Positions 1 to 12,800 of a stretch of DNA of 64,000 nucleotides are shown here, piece by piece. Every line of letters begins with the position of its first letter. Within the stretch, counting starts at the first letter, position 1. The position numbers were made by a program, and so were the translations under genes. The stretch is from Eledone cirrhosa (Eukaryota): NCBI GenBank assembly GCA_964016885.1, contig OZ024742.1, positions 204,042,001-204,106,000 of the forward strand, written 5' to 3'. The notes under the pieces were generated by a model. It saw only the letters and a program-made list of their open reading frames with translations, made no database searches and was not told the DNA's origin.

Positions 1-85
1 GTATGTGTGTGTATGTGTGTGTATGTGTGTGTATGTGTATGTGAGTATGTATATGTGTGTGTATGTATCTGTATGTGTATGTGTT
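1..85. repeat. GT/GTAT compound microsatellite
   Basis: Tandem gtatgtgtgt units read directly. Confidence 0.9.
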
Positions 86-159
86 GTTTCTATACCGTAC
101 TGCGGCAAAAGCCACCGTATAGTTTTGCATAACTGGATAGCGACCAAATAGTAGATTGG

Positions 160-525
160 CGATGGCGGTGGGGATAGTGGTGGCGTTGGTGGGGGGGGGG
201 GTTATGTGGGGGGGATTATGGTGGGGATATGGTAGAGATAGTGGTGGGCATGGGGGTGGAGGTTATGGTGGGGATGGTGTTTGAGATGGGGTGGGGAGTT
301 TGGTGGGGATGATGGTGAGGATGTTGGTGGAGGTTGTGGTGGGAGTTGTGGTGGAGGTGGTGGTGGAGGTGATGTGGGGTTGACGGTGGTGGTTTTGATG
401 GTGATGGAGGTAGATGTGGTGGTGGTGGTGGTGGTGTTAAAGATGATGATGATGGTGATGATGACGATGGTTATGATGGTGGTGGTGAAGACCATGATAA
501 GGAGATTAATGATGATGATGATATC

Positions 526-555
<30 letters not shown>
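160..555. repeat. Low-complexity (GGT)n/(GAT)n tract
   Basis: Degenerate ggt/gat trinucleotide repeats. The ORFs over it are poly-I/T/P/M artefacts. Confidence 0.85.
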
Positions 556-556
<1 letters not shown>

Positions 557-569
557 GTGTTAAGGTGGG

Positions 570-740
570 TATTACGAGAATCATGTAAAATATGATTTTG
601 AGGCGAGAATCTCATGATATATGGTATTGAGGTGAGAATTAGGTGATGCCTGGCGTTGATGCGAGAATCCCACAATATATGGTTTTGAACGAGAATCTCG
701 TGATACAATGTTTTGGAGCGGGAATCACGTAATATATGTG
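570..740. repeat. Degenerate ~29-bp minisatellite
   Basis: gagaatc/ggaatc recurs at about 576, 605, 633, 663, 691 and 720, mostly followed by ...atatg(g/a)tttt. Confidence 0.65.
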
Positions 741-793
741 ACACGCAAGAGATTCAAAATGTTAATAATGTATGTCTTGCACAATAAACGGTA

Positions 794-796
<3 letters not shown>

Positions 797-860
<64 letters not shown>
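797..860. repeat. (AT)n microsatellite at the 3' end of the Penelope-like element
   Basis: Pure AT run. Confidence 0.95.
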
Positions 861-862
<2 letters not shown>

Positions 863-964
863 CAAAGAACAAAGAAAGTGTGGAAAAATTTGAACAGGGA
901 CAAAACAGAGAGGCAGTACAACGAATGTTTATTAATTTCACGCTCTGGAGACTGGGGTGTTGGT

Positions 965-1008
965 GGGGGACGACGTTTCGGGCATAAGCCCTTCCTCAGG
1001 TGAGAAGT
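965..1008 (-). ncRNA. Hammerhead-ribozyme-like core in the Penelope terminal region
   Basis: The minus strand reads CTGAGGA-a-gggc-ttat-gccc-GAAAC-gtcgtc, giving both catalytic boxes and stem II. Stems I and III are not resolved by eye. Minimal hammerheads are established features of Penelope pLTRs. Confidence 0.65.
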
Positions 1009-2445
1009 GTGTGGGAACAGAGTTCAAAGGGTGTGTAGGGGAGTGGTGGAGAGACATATAGCGAAAGGAAACGGTGCGAATGAAAAAATAAAAAATAAAG
1101 ATAAAAATAAAAATAAAGCATGATCAAAATAAACTGAAATTAAAAGGGGGTTAAACAGGTGGTGGAAGGGTGTGGGGTGTGTAGGGGTGGTGGCGGGTGG
1201 AGTGGGGAGAAGGAGACGGGGTGTCCGAGCGGGGAGGGCTGAAGGTGGTGTGTGTGTGTAGGTGTGCGTGTGTGTGTGTATGTGAAAGTAAGGGTTGGGG
1301 GAAGAACGGGGTTGCATGTTCAGGAAGAGGTGTGTGTGTGGGGGGGGGGGCGTCGGAGTGTCTGTGCGTGTGTGGATAGAGGGGTGGGGGGAGAGGAATC
1401 AGGAGGCTGAGGGTGTAAATATGTGGTGGAAAGCACGTGTGTGGGGGTTTAAGCGTGTTGTGGGTGTAGGTGGCGTGTGGAGAAAAACATTTTTTTGGGG
1501 TGTGTGGGTGAGTTATATAGGTGCTTACGTAAGAGGATGGTTGAAAAGTTGGTAAATTCCGAAGATGTTTAGTGGATTGGTTGTTGGTCAATTTCTGCGT
1601 GTGGGTATTCCATGAAGCGATGGTCGGAAGAGGAGAGATGTGGGGTGCGGGCGCAACAGGAAGTGGTCAGCAGTGGGAGTGCTGTGGTCTGTTTGTGCTG
1701 GGAGGTGGTCAGAGGGCATAGCAGCAGTAGGTGGAATGATAAAGGGGCGAGGATGGGTAGGTGTGAAAGTTGGAGTGAGGAGGGTGTGTGTGTGTGTATT
1801 AGTTAGTGTGGAGTGAGTGTGGAGCGAGGGTGTGGGTGGAGCGGGGAGAGAAGGGTGTGTGTGGTTCTATGGAGGGAGTGTGGTGTACTGGTGTGTGTGT
1901 AGTTTGATGAAGAGGTGTTAGTGGGTGTTAGTATACGGGAGGTGGGGGGGGGGGTTGAATTCAGGTGTGAGTGGGGGTTAGTGGTGGTAGGGTGTGTAGA
2001 GTTGGTGGTGTACGAGGGTGTGTGGGTACGTGTGCGTGGGGTTGGGGGTGTTAGTGATGTTAGTTGCGTGTGGGGTGGGTGGTGTAAGTGGGTGCGTGTG
2101 TTCGTGTGCTTGGGGTTAGGGGGTGTTAGTGAGGTTAGTTGCGGGGTGGTGTGATGAGGTGTGGGGTGAGAGGTATGGGGGTGAGGGTTAGTGGTGATAG
2201 TAGGGTGTGTGTTTAGTGTGAGCGCGTGTATATATGTGCCGGTGGGTGTGTGCGTGTGATAAGGAGGGGGGAGGAGGAGAAGAGGGGAGGGAAGGGATGT
2301 TAGTATGTTAGTTGGGGAAGGGTGGTCAGATGAGGGGTGGAGTGGAGGTGTTAGTATTGTTAGTTGTGGGGTGGGCGGTGAAAAGGAGGAGTGTGTTAGT
2401 AGTGTTAGTGGGGGATAAGTGTGGGGGGAGGGGGGCGGTCGAAGG

Positions 2446-4345
2446 CTAAAGGAATAAGGGTGGGGAGTTCAGGCCGGGGGGAGTGTGGGTCTGTAAGATG
2501 AAGATAGTTCGTTGTTCGACCGTAAGGCGATTGGCGGGTGTTCCGTGGCACTGGCGTAGGCCACAGACTGTGAGATGGCGTGCGGAATGTCCAGGGCCAC
2601 CAAAGTGGCGGGCGATGGGGGAACTGCCCCCGAGACGAATATCCCGGAGGTGCTCCGTGACTCGGTCCGCCAGGCGACGTCCCGTCTGTCCGACATAAGT
2701 CGCGCTGCACTCCGTGCAGCGAAGTCCGTAGACTAGGTTGGAGGAGGTGCAGCGGAAGGTATGCCGGACCGAGAGAGAGTGGCCGTTGGGACCCTGGAAG
2801 GTGGTGGTGTTGGTGATGTGGGGACAGGTGTTGCAGCGGGGCCTAGAACAGGGAAAGGAACCGGGGGGAAACAGAGCGTGGGTTGGGGGGTAGGGAGCTG
2901 TGGACGAGGAGGGTGCGGAGATTGCGTGCGCGTTTGAAGGAGGGGAGTGGTGAGGTTGGGAAGATGTGGGAGGTGGAGGGGTCGGACTGGAGGCGTCGGA
3001 AGAGGCGGCGGATGGTGCGGTGGAGGGGTAAGGTGGAGGGGTGGTAGGTGATGGGGAAGGGGAGACGGTGGGTGGGTGTGCGGTGGCGTGGGGTGAGGGT
3101 GGTGGAGCGGGGGACAGCACGGGCGCGGGTGAGAGCGGTGTGGACGAGAGAGGGGGGGTAACCTCTGCGGATGAAATGGCTGATTAGGGAAAGGGCCTGG
3201 GACTCGAAGTCAGCATCACGGCTACAGAGGCGGCGGATCCTGAGAAGTTGGGAGTAGGGAATGGAGTGTTTAGTGTGGGTGGGGTGGGAAGAGGTGAAGT
3301 CGAGGTAAGAGTGGGAAGAGGTGGGTTTGAAGAAGGCGGAGGTGACGAGGGAGTGGTGGGAGGGGCCGAAGGCGACGGAGATGTCTAAGAAGTGGACGTG
3401 GGTGGTGGAGATAGAGGTGGTGAAGTGGAGGGAGGGGTGGAAGGAGCAGAAGAAGGAGAGAAAGGAGTCGAGCTGTTCTCGGGTGAGGGTCGTGGCTCCG
3501 ATACAGTCGTCAATGTAACAACCGAACAGTTCGGGCGTGGGGCCGGTGTACTGGGCAAAGATTTGGGCCTCAACATGGCCAACAAAAAGGTTGGCATAGT
3601 TCGGGCCCATTCTTGTACCCATGGCTACCCCCGTGACCTGTTGGTAAAACTCACCCGAGAAGGAGAAACAATTCAGGGTGAGGACCAGCTCGGCGAGGCG
3701 AAGGAGGGTGGGGGTGGAGGGAATGGGGGAGGGGTGAAGGTCGAGGTAGTGTTTGAGGGCGCGAAGGCCGTCGGCGTGGGGGATGACTGTATAGAGGGAC
3801 TTGATGTCTAGGGTGAAGAGGAAGGGCTGTGGGCCGGGTGGATAGGTGAAGGAGTCGAAAAGGCGCAGGGCGTGGTTGGTGTCGGAGATGTGGGAGGGGA
3901 GGGTGGTGACAAGGGGGGCGAGGAGGGAGTCGAGAAAGGCGGAGATGAGTTCGGTGGGGCAGTTGCAAGCGGAGACGATGGGGCGGCCGGGGTTGTCGGG
4001 TTTGTGGAGTTTGGGGAGGAAGTAGATGGTGGGGGTGCGGGGGTGCGGACGATGAGGTGGGAAGCGGTGGGGGGAGGAGGGAGGAGGCGATAAGGTCTTT
4101 GATGGTGGAGGAGACTTGTTGTTGGTAGAGGGGGGTGGGATCGGAGGGTAGAGGGCGGTAAAAGAGGGGGTTACAGAGCTGCCTGAGGGCTTCGGCCGTG
4201 TAGAGGTCCGCGCCCACACCACTACGGCGCCTCCCTTGTCCGCCGGTTTGATGACGATGTCATCTCGGCTACGGAGGGAGCGGAGAGCGAGGAGTTCGCC
4301 CCGTGAGATATTGTACCGTTTGGAACGGTGGCGGAAGTCGAAACG

Positions 4346-4347
<2 letters not shown>
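2446..4347 (-). pseudogene. Penelope-like RT-GIY-YIG polyprotein ORF, frameshifted
   Basis: ORF 2843-4222 (RT) and ORF 2446-3120 (Zn linker and GIY-YIG) are in different frames, and there are further shifts near 4050-4210. Confidence 0.88.

Positions 4348-4414
<67 letters not shown>
4348..4414. repeat. (AT)n microsatellite at the 5' junction of the Penelope-like element
   Basis: Pure AT run. Confidence 0.95.
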
Positions 4415-4417
<3 letters not shown>

Positions 4418-4627
4418 TGTATGTTTGTGAGCGTGTGTGTGTATATGTATAAATAAATAAGAAACGAGAGGATAAGTCCCGAATAGATATATTAGAACTT
4501 ATGTTATTTCAAAGTATTAAGTACGCGGAATGATGGGTGGTGCAGTGGTTTCCTTCACAGTATTTATTACTACTTGTGATTGTTAAGGCAACAAAAATGT
4601 GAACAGAGCAAACCTTAAGATCAAATA

Positions 4628-4805
4628 ATTGTTTCTACTTATGGCACAAGGCCAGCAATTACCCAGTGCATTATTGGTACTTTATTTTATCGACCCCGTA
4701 AGGATGAAAGGCAAAATTAACCTCGGCGGGATTTGAACTCAGTCCGTAAAGGGACGTAACTGTGCTGCAAAGCATGGCGTCCGACCCTCTACCGATACTG
4801 CCAAT
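4628..4805 (-). mobile_element. tRNA-derived SINE (Meta/MESC-like core)
   Basis: The minus strand has an A-box-like tggcagtatcggtaga, a B box gagttcaaatccc, a core gcctttcatccttacggggtcgataaaataaagtacc and a tail gtagaaacaattatt. Four other copies occur in this window. Confidence 0.85.
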
Positions 4806-4809
4806 AAAT

Positions 4810-4924
4810 AATTGTTTCTACTGTTGGCACAAGGCCAGCAATTACCCAATGCATTACTGGTACTTTATTCTATCGACCCCGGAAGGGTGAAAGGCAAAGT
4901 TAACCTCGGCGGGAACTGCCAATA
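4810..4924 (-). mobile_element. Second tandem copy of the same SINE, internally deleted
   Basis: Same tail and core as 4628-4805, then a jump from cctcggcggga to actgccaat. Confidence 0.8.
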
Positions 4925-4964
4925 AATAATGTTTAACGTACAGTCAAACCTGTGTATGTTATAA

Positions 4965-5425
4965 TAGACGAAATAGATAATATTTAGAGTGTGAATTAAC
5001 ATGAGATAAACTTAGATAATATCTAGAGTGTGATTTAACATGATTTAATATGAGGTAAGATGAGATAATATTTAGAGTGTATCTTAACATGAGATGAAGT
5101 GAGATGATATTTATAGTGTGACTTAGCATGAGATAAAGTTAGGTATCTAGAGTGTGAATTATCATGATAAAGTTAGATAATATTTAGAGAGTCACTTGAC
5201 CTGAGATAAGATGTGATAATATTTAGAGTGTAACTTAACATGAGATAAGATGTGATAATATTTAGAACTTGACTTAACATAAGATATGATATGATTATAT
5301 TTAGAACTTGACTTAACATAAGATATGATGTGATAATATCTCGAGTGTAACTTAACATGAGATAAGGTGAGATAATATATAGAGTGTAACTTAACATTAG
5401 ATAAGATGTGTTAATATCTAGTGTA
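4965..5425. repeat. Degenerate ~39-bp minisatellite
   Basis: A unit like gtgataatatttagagtgtaacttaacatgagataagat repeats about 11-12 times. Confidence 0.85.
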
Positions 5426-5849
5426 AGGTGTGCTGTGTTTGTTCTTAAAGGAAGCTTAAAGACAGCCTGGTTATTATTACTACTGATAAACACATACCAT
5501 TATCATTATGTGTTTACCATTAAGTCAGGACTGTCTATCGTCTGTGATTATCTGAAAACCAAAGGTTATTATTGATTGAGAAGATTATTGATTAGTTATG
5601 ATGATAAACAGCAAGTGATGGCGGCGGCGGCGGCGGTGGTGTTGGTGGTGTTGGTGGTGGTGGTGGTAGCGGTGGTGCAGAAAGGTTAAGCTGTGTTGAG
5701 AGAGTGGCGGTGGCAATGGAGACGGTGGTGGACTGAATTTAATTCTTTCGACATATGCCTTGTAGAATCTATTCTACGGTTTTACTAAGCAACGCAGTAG
5801 CAGACTGGACAAGACACATAGGTGAACAGTTATATAATACATATATACG

Positions 5850-6365
<516 letters not shown>

Positions 6366-6604
6366 ATATATATATATATGCTCGGTATATGTGCGTGTGT
6401 ATATATATACCGAGCTAGACAAGTGGACATTGACAGATACTTAGATAGACAGACAGACAAAACGAATAAGCAGACTCAAATACATTCTCTCACGTGCATT
6501 TAGTTGTGTGTCCGTATATGTGTATGTGCGTGTCTATGTGCATGCGCGTGTGTGTCAGTGTATTTTTTTGTTTGTGTATGTGCATATACATGTGTGTGGG
6601 TTTG

Positions 6605-6915
6605 TTTACGTGTCTGTTCGCTTCGCAATCATTAGGTCTCGTGTTCGATCCCAGGGCATGGCATGCAAGACAAGTGTCATTTACCATAACCTCAGGTCGA
6701 CTTATGCATTCTAAGCGACATCAAATAAGAGGTGACTGTGTCAAAGCCCGTCGAATGGACTGTACCTGTAATACAGTCTGTCACACCCTGTGTCACGTTG
6801 AATCTGCCTGAAAATTACGTTAAGAGTACACGTGTTTGTGGAATGCTCAGCCACTTACACCAAATTTCGTGAGCAGGCTGTTCTGTTGCTCGAATAACTC
6901 ATAGTCGAAACGGAA
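6605..6915 (+). mobile_element. Old degenerate tRNA-derived SINE-like repeat
   Basis: It has a B-box-like gttcgatcc at about 6642. The 3' part (tgtcacgttgaatctgcctgaaaattacgttaagagtacacgtg...ctcagccactt...gagcaggctgttc) resembles an abundant octopus repeat as I recall it, which is unverified. Confidence 0.55.
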
Positions 6916-7079
6916 CATATGGAATTGGAATGGACCTTCGATAAACGGAACAGCTTTTTCATGAAATTAAAGTGTAAGTGATTAAATAAATATCCCACTG
7001 ACACGTGTACCGTTAGCGTGATAATGTTTGACAAAGCTGGCGCTGAAAAGGAAAACAAATTAACTGTGATTTGACTTAC

Positions 7080-7627
7080 CTAGGATAGGTGTCGCATTAG
7101 AATCAGGTGTGTTTTCAGCAACGAGTAATTCAAGAACGTAAAGTGTGAGAAACACGGTAAGTCCTATAGCAATTTTTTCTCCACAATGACAGGGAAGCAG
7201 GAACGAAGCTAAGGTCATCACACATAACATCAGAGTCGGTGCAATGACAATATAATCGTAGTACAAAGACTTCCGGTCAATCTCGATTGTGAAGTGAATC
7301 ATGGGATGCCATCCGTCGCCAGGACAGCAATCACTGTCGGCTGCCACACGAGAAAGACTCACGTTGAGCAGTACAAATTCGCTGTTCTCAACGTATTTCG
7401 ATAGATCCGGTTTACTGGGTTCATTAAACAGGTTTAGCTGTTCTCCGTCGTACACCCATGACCCGAAACGGACAGTACATTGTTGACTATCATACGGAAA
7501 GTAGGTGACGTCCACTGAGCATGAAGATTTTATCATTAAGGGTACCATCCAACGGACTCTTCCTGACGGCTTGATCATTATTTTGCTTCCGGTCACGTTC
7601 ACATAACCAGCGTTGTTTTCTGATGCC
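7080..7627 (-). CDS. Internal coding exon of a nicotinic acetylcholine receptor-like (Cys-loop) cation channel subunit, from the ligand-binding domain to the M2-M3 loop
   Basis: It encodes a Cys-loop CSVDVTYFPYDSQQC, loop B FGSWVYDG, vicinal CC, pre-M1 RKSLYY, M1, a GEK filter, M2 and PDSNATPILG. The acceptor is ctctattccacag| at 7628-7630 and the donor is G|gtaagt at 7079-7074. Confidence 0.95.
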
Positions 7628-7841
7628 CTGTGGAATAGAGATCATGAAATATAGTAATACTGTGATATTATATACATTGCAAGCTTACATTAGAATATTC
7701 TAAATATTAGAAGATCATAGGCAGGAATGTATTATGTGGTGAACAGTAAACTATATGAGGTTATATAGATAGGTGTCCATGTATTTGCGATCATTATCAC
7801 AGTCACGTTCAAAATATTTAATCTGAAGGTATCAATAGAAA

Positions 7842-7935
7842 CTAACCTAGTATCTACCAACTTAGTAGATTCAACAATTAATCTAACCTAACCTAGTATC
7901 CGCCAACTTAGTAGATTCAATAAGGAACCTAACCT
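7842..7935. repeat. Tandem duplication (~45-50 bp) with ctaacct motifs
   Basis: ctaacctagtatc..ccaacttagtagattcaa occurs twice. Confidence 0.7.
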
Positions 7936-8544
7936 CAGATTCCTACAATCTAACAACTAACGCTTAAATTTCAACCATCGATATAAACGTATTAAACAAA
8001 TACTCATAGTTCCATGAACACGTATAAGTAATGTTTGTTCCGATGAAGCAACATTTCACTGAGCCAATAACAATTAAAATTCAGACACTTGATTGTACTT
8101 ATTTCTAAAATACAATATCATAATTGTCATTCACAAAAAAACAACAACTGTATCGCAACAAGTGAAATAACACTTGGTCCAATCCAACATTCAGTGTGAA
8201 TGTCATAACCTGCGCAGTGAAATAATAACTTTTTTTCAATAAAAAAAATATTCCAATTAAATCAAGTTATATATATATAATAATTAAAAAAATGAAGTTA
8301 TATATAAATGGAATAGAATGAAACGAAATTTCATATTGACAAGCTAATAGGAAATATTCGCCTTAAACCGTTTGCTCACAATTATTCACTCAATGAGAGC
8401 AAAACTTATCTCAGAGTGCTAATCAAGTGTATAAACGTAATGTAGCATTTGCACTTTATGTTTCTGCTGATGCAGCAAGCTTCTTCGATTAGTGCAATCT
8501 GCAACTTGCCGAATACAGTGGCTGCATTATATATATATATATAT

Positions 8545-8647
8545 AGGAAAAAGTCATACTTTTTTCTACTTCCCACTTTACTACCCTAAGTATTGAGTAC
8601 TCTGGTGCGTTATGGTCCATCTGGTTCCTTACCACAATTCCTTTGTT
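8545..8647 (+). mobile_element. Second, shorter copy of the Penelope-like terminal fragment in (AT)n
   Basis: tactaccctaagtattgagtactctggtgcgttatggtccatctggttccttaccacaattccttt is identical to about 6297-6362, and AT runs flank both sides. Confidence 0.65.
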
Positions 8648-9064
8648 ATATATATATATATATATATTATATACATACATACACACACACATACATACAT
8701 ACGCACACATACATACAGATGCGAGACAAACCAAAACAGAAACACAAGCTCTCCATCTCAAGTTTACTTTTGTTATCAACTTTACCGTGTTATTTACTTT
8801 ACCGTGTTATTTACTTTACCGTGAAACCGGTAAAGTAAATAAATAAATATTCTTAAAATACTCCAGTTGAATTTTCAATTTATTTTCCTGATACTTTCCC
8901 CCGTGGGGTGACATCTCGTTTTAAAAAAATCTCATTTTGTTATATGTGTGTGTGTGTGTCAAGACTAAACCAGTACTAAACTAGTTAGACCATTTATTTA
9001 ACAGAGGACATGATATTGAGATAGCTGTCGAAATGACAAGAGCTCAACCATCGGGCCCCGACTC

Positions 9065-9107
<43 letters not shown>

Positions 9108-9164
9108 CGCGTGTGTGTGCGTGTGTGTCAACTATATACAAAGGGACGGAAGGTGAATAATTAG

Positions 9165-9167
<3 letters not shown>

Positions 9168-9232
<65 letters not shown>
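9168..9232. repeat. (AG)n microsatellite
   Basis: Read directly. Confidence 0.95.
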
Positions 9233-9235
<3 letters not shown>

Positions 9236-9608
9236 GAGTCATATAAGAGAAGCGCACTGAATAACAAAACAGATTTCTGTTCTCTTTCAATTTATGAGAA
9301 AAATCAGTTCATCAAAGGAAAGCAGTTCTCATACAAACTATGGAGTCTTTGATTCTAAAACACTTAGGTAGTTAATAACGAGTCTTTGATACAAAATGCA
9401 GGTTAGTAAGGAAATATCTAAATATTCATGAGACAATTACTGTACTTCAAAGAATTTTAAAAACAATTGAAGAATTTTCAAGAAATTCCAACAATACTCT
9501 AACAGAGGTAAAGTAATGTTTCGAAGTTTGGACTTGTTTTGATGGCGACACTGCGAAATATATTCATTTGTAGAATTCAACAGAATTCAAAGAATCTTTC
9601 ACACACAC

Positions 9609-9667
<59 letters not shown>

Positions 9668-9871
9668 TTGTTCTTATGATGTAGGTCGGTAGAGCTTATC
9701 TTCATATTGTATTTTTGTTTTCAACGCTCTGATGATTCCTGCCCCATGGTAGCGAATAAAAATTGATTGATGTTATAAGCGCTCCCTGTTTTCTCTTACT
9801 ATATATATGTATATGTATGTAAGTATGCACACGCATATACAAACATGCACACATGCATATATACATACATA

Positions 9872-12800
9872 GGAAGTATCGAAGACAAATAACAAGGAAA
9901 GTAATCAAACTTTATTCAGTTGTAGCTACAGAAGAAACCAAAATTATAAATCGCATTTCTCTTGGAGTTGCGAACTTAATAATGATTTATTTAATTGTTA
10001 TAAAATGGCAAAAAACAATCCCTTCATTGGCTATATGAATAGAATGAAGCTACCCTGGGACGAAATGCACCCAGAGCTAAATTATTTCACAGCGAAACAA
10101 TTACGCCAACAAGCGGCGTTTGTTGAACGTAAATATAAGATAAATATTATTAATTGTATGTCCCCCACAACAAACATGGAATCAACAACACGTGCTACAG
10201 GTCGCCATGCTACTAGACTTCCTAGCAGCCAGGTCGAACAGCGCCTTGAAACAACTATGCCTGTAAGAAACTTGACACCATCTGTACCATCTAAGTCTAC
10301 CTCAAATTCTAGGGAAAACACTATCGATAAAAATAATAATCGAAGAAATAATAATAATAACCGAATAAATGTGACACCAAGTGTACCATCCGAGTCTACC
10401 TCGACTGTTGTGGAAAATACTATCGATAATGATAATCAAAAGTATAAACAATTGAAAATTTCCCTCAACGAAATCTTCCAGCGAGAAATAAACTCATGTA
10501 TAAATATCTCTCTGGCTGAACGTGTTAAAATGACAATGGTGAATAAAAAACCAAATAATGAAATACTACGTATTATTGACGAAATAGGGGATGAATATTT
10601 ACGACGGATAAAAACCCCAACATTTTGGCAAATCAACGCCTATTTATAAGCCTTAGCAATGACAGTGAAGCATTATCTTGGTGATAGCAGAGATATTAAC
10701 AAGAACAAAACACCACCAAAAATACCATCATATATAACTAAAATAGACAAAAAGAGTGCTGACCTACGAAAAAGCATAGGATATGTGACAATGCTCCTTA
10801 CATGCAAACAAACACAAAAAAAACCTCACTCCTCACCAACAAAGAGTGAAAAATAAAATAGAGACGATGTTTGGTAACAGTAGAACCAGAACTCTACAAT
10901 ATAAGCTGATCACCCTCAAACAAGAATTGAGAGCTGTTATCGAAAAACGCCGATACCTGAAGAAGGTAGATGAGAGAAAAGTGCTTAATAAAAGATTCAG
11001 ACGAAACCAAACATCAGTCTATAGAGATATGAAGGGCAAAATAATAAGTGTCACTTGGGTCCCATCCCAGAAAGACATAGATTCCTTTTGGAGAAAAATA
11101 TGGGGTGAAAAGAAAAATGTCAACCAAGATGCAGTGTGGCTAAGAGAAATCCGAAAGAACTATTGCTCCTACACTACAACAAAAACATACGAAATAAGTG
11201 AGGGTACCCTTGAGACTGTGATAGGAAAACTCCAGGAAGAGACATGATTGTCGGCTACTGGTACAAAAAACTAATATTCTATCGGAGGTATCTTACTGGC
11301 CTCTACCAACAAGTTTTTAAGGGAGATACAATTATACCAGAATGGTTGACATTAGCACAAACGTTACTGGTCCCCAAGAACAAAGACACCCACTTGGCAA
11401 AAAACTACCGAGCCATTGCATTCCAGAACCTGATGTATAAGATGTATACAGCCTGCCTGAACCTATTCCTCCAAGATCACTGTGAAAATAATAACATCAT
11501 CACAGACGAACAAGCAGCTGGAAAGAAAGGGGTTTGGGGATGTGCTAATCAACAAAACTGCGATGTCGGAGGTGCGACAACTTAGGAGGAATATGACTAC
11601 AGTCTGGCTGGACTACAGGAAAGCTTTCAATTCTGTTCCCCACTCTTGGATGATAGAGGCCCTCCAACTTGCTAAAGTCCAAGACATTATTGTCAGAGCC
11701 ATAGAGAGGCTGTCTTCTTCTTGGGCTACTATCCTAAGGTTAAGGACAGAGAGGGGGGACTCTATTTTCACTGATAAAATAAAATATTTCAGGGGGACAG
11801 TCTCTCTGTGATATTATTCATTTTGTCATTAAACCTCTTGTCCTTTCTGCTCAAGAAATGTGAGTGATACATCATTGTCTCACAGGAGGACAGAAATACG
11901 AACCTAACCCATAACTTCTTTGTGGACGATCTGAAACTCTATGCCAAGAACATGGATGGGATGAAGAAAAATCTTGACCTGGTTACAACGTTCTCAAAGG
12001 ATATAGGAATGGAGTTTGTCCAAGATAAATGCTCATACATGACTGTAAAGCGGGGAAAAACAACAACCCAATCTAGCAACATTGTCATCAATGGCCTAAC
12101 TGTTTCACCGATATGAGGACTGCTACAGATACCTGGGGATAGATGAGAACATATCCTATAATGATATCTGTAATAAAGAACGCGTAACCAGGGAATACTA
12201 TACCCGATTAAGAAAGATCTGGTCATCGGAACTCTCTGCGCAAAACAAAACAGTGGCTCACAACGTGTTTGCTGTGCCTGTCCTAACACCAACGTTTGGA
12301 ATACTCAATTGGACGATAGACGAAATCCGAGCAGTTGATGTTGGAACTCGAAAAATACTGAACAACACCGGAAACTTCCACATCAACAGTGACATAGACC
12401 GCCTTTACTTGAAACGTAAGCAGGGAGGCAGAGGCCTAACGTCAGTCCAGACAACATTTGAATGTCGCATCATATCTCTCCGACAACATCTACGAACCTC
12501 GAAGCGTAGTAGCCCGTTTCTCGAGCAAGTCTATCTGCATGAAACAGATAAGATCATGAGAGTTGGGAAGGAACTCCTTGAGAGATATTCCCTGTGTGAT
12601 AATCAAAAACTCACACCCAGGGATGTCGCTCAGCAGTATCGCACTGAATCCATGGATGAAAAACTGCATGCCTATCAGCAAAAAATCATGCATGGATATG
12701 TTGCCAGGAAACTCCAGAATGAGAGTAATATAGATAAGGAAAGTAGTCTATCTTGGACCAACAACCGCTATATTGGCTCCCACTTTGAAGGATACGCTTT

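Larger units (their letters stand above)
861..4347 (-). mobile_element. Penelope-like retroelement (RT + GIY-YIG), probably Neptune-type, 5'-truncated, inserted in (AT)n
   Basis: Minus-strand translation gives DDIVIKPADKGGAVVVW, FLPKLHK-PGRPIVS, LDIKSLYTVIP, GVAMGTRMGP and CYIDD (RT), a CSRPRCNTC linker and NLVYGLRCTEC-YVGQTGRRLADRVTEH (GIY-YIG). It has a long 3' region with AATAAA (plus tttatt at 928-933) and (AT)n on both sides. Confidence 0.92.

Noticed and set aside
86-160. Possible downstream (M3) receptor exon
   Set aside because: No M3-like hydrophobic translation or convincing splice sites were found.
1900-2410. Telomeric repeats (ttaggg/gttag motifs)
   Set aside because: They are isolated motifs in a G/T-rich tract, not tandem arrays.
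202-2450. Many ORFs rich in P, T, H, V, G or IY repeats
   Set aside because: They are translations of microsatellites and low-complexity tracts.
7080-7627. Calling it a cephalopod chemotactile receptor or giving it a CHRNA symbol
   Set aside because: It has introns, vicinal cysteines and the loop B Trp. Orthology cannot be assigned without a phylogeny.
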